A stretch of 64,000 bases of DNA from Octopus sinensis. Taxonomy: Eukaryota. Positions 27,076 to 39,010 of this stretch are shown piece after piece; the first letter of the stretch is position 1, and each line of letters begins with the position of its first letter. A program made the position numbers and the translations under genes. The DNA lies in assembly GCF_006345805.1 (NCBI RefSeq), contig NC_043015.1, positions 46,066,001-46,130,000 on the forward strand. The letters run 5' to 3'. A model generated the notes under the pieces. The model did no database searches. It saw only the letters and a list, made by a program, of their open reading frames with translations, and was not told the origin of the DNA.

Positions 27076-27568
27076 CTGAAGGACTTCCAGCAGGGACCAT
27101 TTCTTCAAGGTTTTCTTTACAAAGGACCTCTACGCTTTTGCCTTGCCCTTGGAGGAGATCTTCGCTGCTCACATGGCTGCTGTTTGAACCCTTTCTGTCT
27201 GACGTCGTAGAAAGTACTGTTAACGGTTCGGACACGACAACCACCTCAGCCGAAGTCTTAACACTGATGAGAATTGACTTTCCGAGTGTTTTCTCGTCCT
27301 TAGTCGCCCTCGGTGTCACCTTTGACAAAAGCTTGTCCCCTCGTTCGGCAACAGTACCCTCAGAATTGCTGCAAACACTGTTTACCACAGTGCTCTTGCC
27401 ATCTGTGAGAGGTTCGATTGGACACAGTTCGGAGACCACTTTGTTTTGGACAGGGACACGGTCTTTTGCAGTGCTGCTTTTTCCGGGCAAAGTTAGCATC
27501 ACAGATGGGTTTAAATCGCACTTAATGCTGCCGGTTTTGCTAAAAGGTCTGGGACCATTGATTTCAAC
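27076..27568 (-). CDS. Exon of large Ser/Thr-rich protein (VEINGPRPFSK...MVPAGSPS)
   Basis: Acceptor tttatttag; donor gtaaga; 493 nt, phase 0-1; phase-compatible with the 46463 donor. Confidence 0.8.
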
Positions 27569-28785
27569 CTAAATAAAGTAAAAAGAAAAAAAATTTCTTG
27601 TAACTTTTGTTAAATGAAGGGACAATTCTTTTTTGTTTGTTTTGCATCTAAATATCAAAAGCTGATTCCAAATTAACTTGAAACAACAGAGTACTTAAAA
27701 ATGTCTTATGTTAGTACAAGGTTACAAACTTGAAAGGAGAGAGAGTCACAAACAACTGAACAGGCAAGGTATATTGCCGGTATAGCTGGCGTCTATTTTA
27801 CTGACCTTGGAGGAGGTAAAATAAACCATTCAAGTTGATCAGTTGGGTCTGAACAGAGAACATAAAGGAATGTGACTAAATAACCACTGCTTCTTTTCTT
27901 GAATGATTCCAACTGAATTGTGTATATGTATATATATATGTGTGTGTATGTATATATAATATATATCTAACGTGAAGGTTTACGAAAATAAACAAAAGAC
28001 GAAGGCAGGTGGAGTACAAACAAACAAATGTATTTAGTATAGCACTCAGGAATAGAAATAGAAAAAGTCTTTTACGTTTCGAGCCTACACTCTTCGACAG
28101 AAAGATACACAGAAAAAAAACAAGGAGAGAAAAAAATGCATGTAGGAGCTAACGGTCTATATATATATGTGTGTGTGTGTGTATATATATATATGGAAAT
28201 TTTAGTTAAGATACCTGTGCCGGTGACACGTTAAAAGCACCATCCGAACGTGGCAGATGCCAGCACCGCCTGACTGGCGTCCGTATTGGTGCCACGTAAA
28301 AGCACCAACTGATCGTGGCCGTTTGCCAGTCTCCTCTGGCCCCTGTGCTGGTGGCACATAAAAAGCACCCACTACACTCATGGAGTGGTTGGCGTTAGGA
28401 AAGGGCATCCAGCTGTAGAAACACTGCCAGATCAGACTGGAGCCTGGTGCAGCTTCCTGGCTTCCCAGATCCCCGGTCGAACTGTCCAACCCTTGCTAGC
28501 ATGGAAAGCGGATGCTAAACGATGATGATGATGAAATAACAAATATATATATATATAAAAAATTTTTTTTTTGATGTAGGCCTCCGTGTTAAAAAAAAAA
28601 TTATATATATATATTATATTAATTATATTTATATTATTTGTTATTTATGTATTGGTTTATGTCTAATAGTTGCCTAATAGTGGTTTTATCTCTAATTCAT
28701 ATTTTATATATTTATATACTGTGAAATTTGATTTAATACTAAATCTAATTTTCCCTGTAAGTTTGGAGTTATACTCCCTAATGTT

Positions 28786-28817
<32 letters not shown>

Positions 28818-28818
28818 T

Positions 28819-29648
28819 GAGTTGGAGCAAATATCAGAATTGAACAGCCGAAATTTGCTATGATGATTCGGTGTCTGACTGAAGATTGAAGGCTTCGAAT
28901 GATTTGTCTGTGTTCCGTGTTCATCCCTTCCTGTATTTCACGTTCATTATATATAAAAACATTTATTCTTATATTATTGCGGCGTTACGTGCACCCCCCC
29001 GTTTGTTTGTCCAATTTTAAAACCCTGCACGACTTCTATATACACTGTCTTTCCTACCCGCCATTGCTTCTTCACCAAACTATTTTGGCGCCCTCCGATT
29101 CTTCCCCCTCTTCCTCCCATCCTCCTTAATCCCTTCTTTCTCCTTTTCTCTTGGTCACTGATTCTGTCCCCTGCCTTCCACCCTCTTTGATCCCTCTCTC
29201 TCCTGCAACCTGCTGCTTCTTAACCATTCCATTGGTTGCCATCGTATCTCGACCAACATGTGTCCCCGCTACCGAAACGGTAATTATTTCTACGCCAGCT
29301 GCTATGTTGTTGTTTTTGTCTCTCATTTGGTCAAAGTCGTATGACAACCACCGTTATATATATTTTGTTTATTCATTACTGTTTTCAATTTCTTTTCGTC
29401 TCTTGTATCACATCCGTCTGTGCGTTCACATTCCTGTCTTCTACCAAGAATCTAATGCTTACAGCTTAGTTTTTTTTTTCTTGGGGCTGGCCGAGTTGGA
29501 GCAAATATCAGAATTGAACAGCCGAAATTTGCTATGATGATTCGGTGTCTGACTGAAGATTGAAGGCTTCGAATGATTTGTCTGTGTTCCGTGTTCGTCC
29601 CTTCCTGTATTTCACGTTCATTATATATAAAAACATTTATTCTTATAT
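28819..29648 (+). mobile_element. Element with 156-bp terminal direct repeats (pseudo-LTR-like, probably Penelope-like)
   Basis: 28819-28974 matches 29493-29648 with one mismatch seen; starts right after (TA)n; no credible ORF. Confidence 0.5.
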
Positions 29649-30275
29649 ATATAAATACTCTTTTACTTGTTTCAGTCATTTGACTGCGGCCATGCTGGAG
29701 CACAGCCTTTAGTCGAGCAACTCGACCCCGGGACTTATTCTTTTGTAAGCCCAGTATTATTCTATCGGTCTCTTTTGCCGAACCGCTAAGTAACGGGGAC
29801 ATAAACACACCAGCATCGGTTGTCAAGCAATGCTAGGGGACAAACACAGACACACGCATGCATATATATACATATATACGACGGGCTTCTTTCAGTTTCC
29901 GTCTACCAAATCCACTCACAAGGCTTTGGTCGGCCCGAGGCTATAGTAGAAGACACTTGCCCAAGGTGCCATGCAGTGGGACTGAACCTGGAACCATGTG
30001 GTTGGCAGACAAGCTACTTACCACACAGCCACTCCTGCGCCTATATATAATATATATATATATATAGGCTCGCCTGGCACCTGTGCAGGTGGCACGTAAA
30101 AAGCACCCACTACACTCACGGAGTGGTTGGCGTTAGGAAGGGCATCCAGCTGTAGAAACACTGCCAGATAAGACTGGAGCCTGGTGCAGCCTTCTGGCTT
30201 CCCAGATCCCCGGTCGAACCGTCCAACCCATGCTAGCATGGAGAACGGACGTTAAACGGTGATGATGATGATGAT

Positions 30276-30326
<51 letters not shown>

Positions 30327-30482
30327 TATATTATATATGCCATAAAATCAGCTACTATAATAGAAATTGTTATGTGCCAACACCCAAAATACAAAAACGC
30401 AGAATCAAAGAAACCAGTACATAAAGACTAGCTAAGAGGTTAACGAGTTCCTATCAAATGAACCATTGTTTTAACAGCAAAC

Positions 30483-30584
30483 CTCACCACCACCGTTGCT
30501 GCTGCTATACCCCCCCCCACTATTGCCACCAACACCACCATTACTTTCTATCATTTGTTTGGAGGAGTCAAAAGGAAGCAAGTG
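30483..30584 (-). CDS. Candidate exon HLLPFDSSKQMIESNGGVGGNSGGGYSSSNGGGE
   Basis: Acceptor tcctttgtttccag; 102 nt open, phase 0-0 with donor gtttgc, or 0-1 with donor gtgagg at 30488; Gly/Ser composition like the other exons. Confidence 0.4.
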
Positions 30585-31789
30585 CTGGAAACAAAGGACT
30601 AAATTGTTTTGTGAAACAATTTAAGTTGATTAGACTACAGACGCAGGGGATTTAGCTAGGAATTTCCACTTTAAAACACAACAATTATTATCGTTGTCGT
30701 CATATTTGCGAGTTTAACATCTGCTCTTCTCGAGTGACACAACTTATCTTGATTAAGTTTGCAGGACATTCTTTCAAAACCCATTTCTGTTCTCACTTTT
30801 ATTTGTGTGCAAAAAAAAAATAAATTTTTTTTGTGGCCGTTGCCTTACCGCCTGACTGGGCCCTCATTGCTGGACTGACTCCTGTGCAGGTGGCACGTTA
30901 AAAAACACCATTTCAAGCATGGCCGTTGCCAGTACCGCCTGACTGGCCCTCGTGCCGGTGGCACGTAAAAAGCACCCACTACACTCTCAGAGTGGTTGGC
31001 GTTAGGAAGGGCATCCAGCTGTAGAAATTCTGCCAGATCAAGATTGGGGCCTGGTGCAGCCATCTGGTTCGCCAGGCCTCAGTCAAATCGTCCAACCCAT
31101 GCTAGCATGGAAAGCGGACGTTAAACTGTGCTGATGATGATGATGAAGAAACCACTGACAGTTTCCACTATCTTGCAGTTCATTATCATCATTTAACATC
31201 CGCTTTCCATGCTAGCATGGGTTAGATGGCTTGACTGGAACTGGTAAGCCAGAGAGCTACACCAGGTTCCAGTCTGAATTTGGCTTGATTTCTACAGCTG
31301 GATGCCCTTCCTAATGCCAACCACTCCGAGAGTGTAGTGGAGGCCTTTCATGTGTCACAGCACGGGTGCCTTTTATATGTCATTGGCAAAGGTGCTTTTT
31401 TTTTTTTGCACACGTCACCAGCAAGGAAGCTGTTATGTGTCACCAACGCTGGCCACAACTATGATTTCACCTAGCTTGATGAGTTTTCTCAAGCACAGCA
31501 AATCACCGAAGCACCTTGTCATCACCTTCGTGGGACGATAATATCAATATTATCGTGGTATTGTTCTACTGTTGGATGCCTTTGATGTCACTTGCCCTTA
31601 TCTATTTTTTTAAGAAAACAGATTATTTCATTTCACTCGACTTTGAAAGCACAAAGCTAGAAGATGATGTTTTGACAGACATTGTCAGCAAACGTCATCG
31701 ATTTATTAACCTCAGGACATACATGTAAAATGCAAAATGTAAATATTTATACATGTACACACACACGCACATATATATATATATATTAA

Positions 31790-31822
<33 letters not shown>

Positions 31823-32043
31823 AATATTTATTTATATGTTCAGTTATAATAAAAGCAGTTCTAATTTTACACGGGGTTACTCTGTACGTTAGCAGAATAC
31901 AAATTTATTATTCTTCAACAAGAATGTTGCTGACAACGGCTTTGAAATGTTGGCCAACCAATGATGGCTAAGCTGGTTGAAACTTTGAAGTCACTATCGA
32001 CAACATTTTTGTTTAAGAATAATATATATATATATATATCTAC

Positions 32044-32080
<37 letters not shown>

Positions 32081-32082
<2 letters not shown>

Positions 32083-35000
32083 CATCATCATCATCATCGT
32101 CGTTTAACGTCCGTTCTCCATGCTAGCATGGGTTGGACGGTTCGACCGGGGTTCTGGGAAGCCAGAAGGCTGCACCAGGCTCCAGTCTAATCTGGCAATG
32201 TTTCTACAGCTGGATGCCCTTCCTAACGCCAACCACTCCGTGAGTGTAGTGGGTGCTTTTTACGTGCCACCTGCACAGGTGCCAGGTGGGGCTGGCAACG
32301 GCCACGGTCAGATTGGGTATTTTATGTGCCACCGGCACGGAAGCCAGTCGAGGCGGTGCTGGCATCGGCCACGAGTCGGATAGTGCTTTTTACGTACCAC
32401 CAGACCAGGGATCCTGGCTGGTTCAATTCGATTTCGATTTCGCTTGCCCCAACATGTCTTCACAAGCAAAGGGGTTGGCATGGGTGCCTGTCGTACGGTC
32501 GCATTGGAGTATTTTACGTGCCACGGCCACGAGTCGGATAGTGCTTTTTACGTACCACCAGACCAGGGATCCTGGCTGGTTCAATTCGATTTCGATTTCG
32601 CTTGCCCCAACATGTCTTCACAAGCAAAGGGTGTTGGCATGGGTGCCTGTCGTACGGTCGCATTGGAGTATTTTACGTGCCACGGCCACGAGTCGGATAG
32701 TGCTTTTTACGTACCACCAGGCCAGGGATCCTGGCTGGTTCAATTCGGTTTCGATTTCGATTTTGCTTGCCCCAACATGTCTTCGCAAGCATGGGGGGTT
32801 GGCATGGGTGTCTGTCGTCGGATGAGGTTCTATATCGACTTCGCTTGCCTCAACCGGTCTTTGTGTCCAAGGGAGGAAAGGCATTCATAAGTGGGCTGGG
32901 CTCACTTGTCCTGCCTGGTCTTCTCACGTACAGAATATTTCCAAAGGTCTCGGTCTCGGGTCATTTCCTCAGTGAGGCCTAAAGTTCGAAGGTCGTGCTT
33001 CACCACCTCGTCCCAGGTTTTCCTGGGTCTACCTCTTCCACGGGTTCCCTCAACTGCTAGGGATTGGCACTTTCTCACACACCTATCTTCATCCATTCTC
33101 GCCACATGACCATACCAGCGCAATCGTCTCTCTTGCACACCACAACTGATGCTTCTTAGGTACAACATTTCTCTCAAGGTGCTAATGCTCTGTCGAGTAT
33201 GTACACTGACATTACACATCCATCGGAGCATACTGGCTTCATTCCTCACGAGCTTACGCATGTCCTCAGCAGTCAGGCCCATATTTCGCTGCCATGTAGC
33301 ATGGCTGTTTGTACACACGCATCATACAGTCTGCCTTTTACTCTGAGCGAGAGGCCTTTAGTCACCAGCAGAGGTAAGAGCTCCCTAAACTTTGCCCAGG
33401 CTATTCTTATTCTAGCAGTTACACTTTCAGCGCACCCACCCCCACTACTGACTTGGTCACCTAGATAACGGAAGCTATCAACTACTTCTAGTTTTTCCCC
33501 CTGGAAAGTGACGGAAGTTGTTTTCTGCAGATTTTCGGAGGTTAATGCACCCGAGCATCTGCCACATACAAAAACTATCTTCCCAGTTAGCCTACCTTTG
33601 ACATTGCTGCACCTCTTATGTGTCCATAGCTTACACTGGGTACATCTTATAGAGTTTCTACCTACACCTTTCCTACAGATCGAGCAGGGCCATCTTCCTG
33701 AAGATATTTGTGGATTGTCTACCTTCTACTTATTAGTACTTTGGTTTTAGCTAGGTTGACTCTAAGGCCCCTTGATTCTAAACCCTCCTTCCACACCTGG
33801 AACTTCTCCTCCAGTTCTGATAGTGACTCAGCAATAAGAGCAAGGTCGTCAGCGTAGAGGAGCTCCCAGGGACAGCCTGTCTTGAATTCCTCCGTAATTG
33901 CCTGGAGTACTATGATAAATAGGAGGGGGCTGAGTACTGAACCCTGGTGGACCCCAACCTCTACTTTGAATTCTTCTGTGTACATGTTGCCAACCCTAAC
34001 CTTACTTACGGCATCTCTGTACATGGCTTGCACAGTCCTCACCAGCCATTCATCTATCCCTAGTTTCCTCATTGACCACCAGATAAGGGATCGGGGGACC
34101 CTATCAAAAGCTTTCTCCATGTCAACGAAAGCCAGGTACAGGGGCTTATCTTTGGCTAGGTATTTCTCCTGCAGCTGCCTTACCAGGAATATAGCATCAG
34201 TGGTACTTTTCCCTGGCACGAACCCAAACTGCATCTCATCTAAACTAACTCTCTCTCTAATTAGTTGGGCTATGACCCTCTCCGTAACCTTCATTACTTG
34301 ATCCAACAGCTTGATACCTCTGTAATTATTTGTATCTAGGGCATCACCTTTACCTTTGTAGCAGTTGACTAGTATGCTGCTGCACCAGTCATTGGGTATG
34401 ACTCCTTCGTGTATCACCTGGTTGACTATACGGGTGACTAGGTTATAGCCGACACTGCCAGATATTTTGAGCATCTCTGCAGTAATTCCTGATGGGCCTG
34501 GGGCTTTCCCTGTCTTCATGCTTCTAATTGCCTTAGCTACCACGGAACTATCAACTCGGATAGCTGGTCCCTCTGTAGGGTCAACATTCGGCAGACTCTC
34601 TTTATCCCATTCATTTTCCTCATTCAGTAACCTTTCATAGTGGCGTCTCCAAGCTTCTCTCTTTGCATCCTCATTTAGCGCAAGTGAACCATCCTCCATG
34701 CGAACACATTTCTCTCCTACCACATCACGATTCTCTCTCACACACTGTCTTGCAACACGAAATACCCCAAGTCTTTCATCCTCACGGCGCAGGACATTGG
34801 CAAATTTTCTCTTATCTGCTTCCCCTCTGGCTAGATAGACCTGTCTCCTAGCTTCCCTTCTGGCAGTCTGATACCCTTCCCTGCTACCACCGTTCTTCCA
34901 GGCCTTCCAAGCCTGTTTCTTTTGTCTAATAGCCCTGTCAACAATATTGTTCCACCACCACGTTATTTTGGGTCTTAAGGGGACTTTGCACCAGCCACAG

Positions 35001-35586
35001 ATCTGGTCAGCGGCTTTCAGCAGGTTGTCCCTCAGAAACGTCCAGTTGTCTTCTACCCCATGTGTAGCTATACCCCCTTCCACTTCGTCAAAGGCTTCAA
35101 GTAACATATCTCTAAATCTCTGTCCATTCGCAGGGGCTTTAAGCTTCCAGACCCTTCTTCTCCATGTTGGTCGTCTTCTAGTCGCCCTCTTAGTCCTGAT
35201 CCTAAAGTCACTAACTACCAGTCTATGTTGTGGGGTGCATTCTTCGCCTGGGAAGGTTTTGGCATTTATAAGCAGCCATCTTTCCCTTTTTCTGGCAAGG
35301 ATGTAGTCGATTTGGCTAGTATGCCGGCCCGATCGGTAGGTGACCAGGTGGCTTGTTGTTTCCTGAAGTTAGTGTTGCAGACCATAAGACTATTCGCATC
35401 GCAGAACTCCAGCAGCCTGGTTCCCTCCTCGTTGCGGGAACCATAACCGTAGCCTCCATGTACGCCATGGAAGCCCCCAGCATGTCGTCCAACATGCCCA
35501 TTGAAATCACCAGCCACAAAGAGAAGGTCCCTGTCGTTCGTCGATGAATCACCAGCCACAAAGAGAAGGTCCCTGTCGTTCGTCGA
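32081..35586 (-). mobile_element. RTE-clade LINE, 5'-truncated and frameshifted (partial APE endonuclease, RT, PHD-like finger, long 3' UTR, (GAT)n tail)
   Basis: EN motifs VAGDFNGHVG and QIDYIL; RT motifs AFVDMEKAFDRV, QGSVLSP and ELLYADD (ORF 33719..35107); C-terminal RGRGRPRKTW. Frameshifts near 35355, 33728, ~33520 and ~33278. 42-bp duplication at the 5' end (35505-35586). Confidence 0.93.
32366..32815 (-). repeat. ~158-bp tandem triplication inside the RTE 3' UTR
   Basis: Units start at 32366, 32524 and 32683 (cggccacgagtcggatagtgc...). Confidence 0.9.
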
Positions 35587-35909
35587 TGTATGTGTGTATG
35601 TATATGTGGGTATGTATGTATGTATGTGTATGTATGTATATGCGTGTGTGTGCATGTGTATGTATGTATTCATTTATTTGCATGTGTATGTATGTATTTG
35701 TGTGAGTGTGTGTGTGTATGTATGTATCTCTGTGTGTGTGCATGTATGTATTTGTGTGAGTGTGTGTATGCATGTATTTATTTGTATGTGAGTGTGTGTA
35801 TGTATGTATGTATTATGCATGCATGTATATGAAACAAACATTAAACTTTTAAAATATGCATTTTTAAAGAAAATATTGCAAATATGCAATTTTGCTTTTT
35901 CATACTTAC

Positions 35910-35940
<31 letters not shown>

Positions 35941-36018
35941 CTACACACACATATATGTATATGTGTGTATATATATATATATTATATATATATATATATA
36001 TATCTACACACACATATA

Positions 36019-36066
<48 letters not shown>

Positions 36067-37419
36067 TACATATACACATATATATATATATACACACACA
36101 CATATATGTATATATACATACATATCACTGTGATCACCGTGACCGACCAGACTATCAGATGTTGCTACATATCGCTGCTCACAATGTTTTAGCCTTCAAA
36201 TGACGCTGGCTAAGCGCGCAGGCCAATATATACACACACACACATATATATATATATAAGATGGGCTTCCATGCAGCTTTTTGTCAACTAATTTTTCACA
36301 AGCTATTAGTCAGCCAGAGGCTAAAGTGGCAGACATGTTCTCAAGGTGCCACAAAGTGAGATAGAACTTAAGATCACCTGGTATCAACACACGCTCTGTA
36401 TCTACACAGCCATTGTAGGGTAGGTATGAGAGGCTACACATGACCGGTTTGAATGTCAAAAACAGGTAGAGTAATTGGGCCAGATATGGCCAGTTTAAAT
36501 GCTAAAGGGCTAAACCCTGCTCAATCAGGGTTGCCTTGGAGACTCGACAACAACGTCATTGTAGTAGCTGACTGAACCAACCACTACTAGTACACATCTG
36601 GTACTATTTTAGCAAATAAGTGAAAGCTTTTCAATTCAGTGCAATTCAAGTTCATTTAAAAAAAACAAAAAAAAGACATGTTCCATTAATAAGACCTCAA
36701 ATTTAGTGGGAGGTGAGGACAGGTGGGGTAGTCCATTAACTCAGCCCTAGTATTTTGACTGATACTTCTAGTTTGTTGATTACCAGAGGGACTAAAAGAC
36801 AAAGCCGAACTCGGTGAGATTTGAATTCAGAATGTAAATGACAGTAACGAGTGCCGGAAGATATTTTGTCCCCGACCCTTAAAGATTCAGGCAAACCACT
36901 GCTGCTAATAGCAATAGTTTCTAGCTTCCTGTTTCTGTTGTACCTGTATTTCTAAGGGCCAGCCTTGTCACTCTCTGTGTCATGCTGAATATCCCCGAGA
37001 ACTACGTTAAGGGTACACATGTCTGTGGAGTGCTCAGCCACTTACACGTTAATTTCACGAGCAGGCTGTTCCGTTGATTCGGATCAACCGGAACCCTCAT
37101 CGTCGTAACCGACGGAGTGCTTAAAAAAAAAGTTTCTAGCACTAACCCAAAGCCACAAACTTTGAGAAAGGAAACAACTAAGTTACCAACCCCATTAATT
37201 TTCTGGTATTTGTTTTATCGTCTCCACCCTCTGGAAGAATGAAAGGTAAATGTAACCTTTAAGTATAGGAAAACAACTGCAACAATACATAGAGTGTGTG
37301 TGTGTGTGTGTTTGCTGGAAAGTTGTTCGATTCAGTGTTTAGATTGAATGTGTTTTACTGGTGGTACTTACACTGTCAGATAGATATGTGTGACAAGGTA
37401 AATACAAAAGGAATATATG

Positions 37420-37790
37420 AGAAAGGGAGAGGGATATGCAGAGAGGAGAGAAAGGAGGGAAGAAAGGAGAGAGGGGAGAGAAAGGAGGGAAGAAAGGAGA
37501 GAGACAAAAGGGAGAAAGGAAGGGGAGGAGAGAGAAAGGAGAGAAAAGAGAAAGGAAAAAGGAAAGAGAGAGAAGAAAGAGAGATAAAAGGGAGAGAGGG
37601 AGAGAAAGGAGAAAGACAAAAGAGAGAAAGGAAGGGAGGGGAGAGAGAAAGGAGAGAAAAGAAGGGAGAGGAGAGAGAAAGGAGAGAAAAGAGAGAGGGA
37701 GAGAAAGGAGAGAGAGACAAAAGGGAGGGGAGAAAGGAGAGAAAAGGATGAGGCACGAGGAAAGAAAAGAGAGAAGGAAAGATTGCATGA
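37420..37790. repeat. Polypurine (GA-rich) tract
   Basis: Almost only A/G on the plus strand, with recurring GAGAGAAAGGAGAG motifs. Confidence 0.9.
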
Positions 37791-37884
37791 GACAGGTGCG
37801 CCGAAATGTCAAAATTGGGACAGGTAATGTGAAATGAAGGCTTGAACACCTCCACGCATAGTTACAGACGAAACAGGAAGCGTA

Positions 37885-37920
<36 letters not shown>

Positions 37921-38242
37921 CGAGCGAGCGCTTGATCAATCAATGAAGATTAAATTGCCAGGAGAAAAGAACTGAAGGTTAGCAGGGAAAAAAAAAGGCT
38001 ATACGAGAAAGAAAGAGAGAGAGAGAGAGAGAGGGGAGAGAAAAGAATAAAGCAAGACTAGAACTGCCCCTCCCCCCCACTTTTACAATATAGAGACTGT
38101 AACAAGGAGGAGGAAGAGGAGGAGGAGGGCAAGGCTGTCATGAGAGAGAGGTGCCGAGCAGGTGAATGAAGTAGAACGGAAAAAACACAGACACAAAAAG
38201 TGGCCAGAAAAATCAAGTTGATATCCTCACAAAAACACACAC

Positions 38243-39010
38243 TGCCTCTGTCTCTGTCTCTGCCTCTGCCTCTGTCTCTGTCTCTGCCTCTGCCTCTGTC
38301 TCTGTCTCTGCCTCTGTCTCTGTCTCTCTCTCTGTCTCTGCCTCTGCCTCTGCCTCTGTCTCTGCCTCTGTCTCTGTCTCTCTCTCTGTCTCTGTCTCTG
38401 CCTCTGCCTCTGCCTCTGTCTCTGCCTCTGCCTCTGTCTCTGTCTCTCTCTCTGTCTCTGTCTCTGTCTCTGCCTCTGTCTCTGTCTCTGCCTCTGTCTC
38501 TGTCTCTCTCTCTGTCTCTGTCTCTGCCTCTGCCTCTGTCTCTGCCTCTGTCTCTGTCTCTCTCTCTGTCTCTGTCTCTGCCTCTGCCTCTGCCTCTGTC
38601 TCTGCCTCTGCCTCTGTCTCTCTCTCTGTCTCTGTCTCTGTCTCTGCCTCTGCCTCTGTCTCTGTCTCTGCCTCTGCCTCTGTCTCTGTCTCTGCCTCTG
38701 TCTCTGCCTCTGTCTCTGCCTCTGTCTCTGCCTCTGTCTCTGCCTCTGTCTCTGTCTCTCTCTCTGTCTCTGCCTCTGCCTCTGTCTCTGTCTCTGCCTC
38801 TGTCTCTGCCTCTGCCTCTGTCTCTGCCTCTGTCTCTGTCTCTCTCTCTGTCTCTGTCTCTGCCTCTGCCTCTGTCTCTGTCTCTGTCTCTGCCTCTGTC
38901 TCTCTGTCTCTGCCTCTGCCTCTGTCTCTGCCTCTGCCTCTGTCTCTGCCTCTGTCTCTGCCTCTGTCTCTGTCTCTGTCTCTGTCTCTGCCTCTGTCTC
39001 TGTCTCTCTC
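38243..39010. repeat. Compound hexamer satellite (TCTCTG/CCTCTG)n
   Basis: Directly visible; explains ORFs 38058..39065, 38200..39093 and 38213..39034. Confidence 0.95.

Noticed and set aside
28879-28905. CTGAAGA in the 156-bp repeat as a hammerhead core
   Set aside because: It is followed by GAAT rather than GAAA, and no stem I can be formed.
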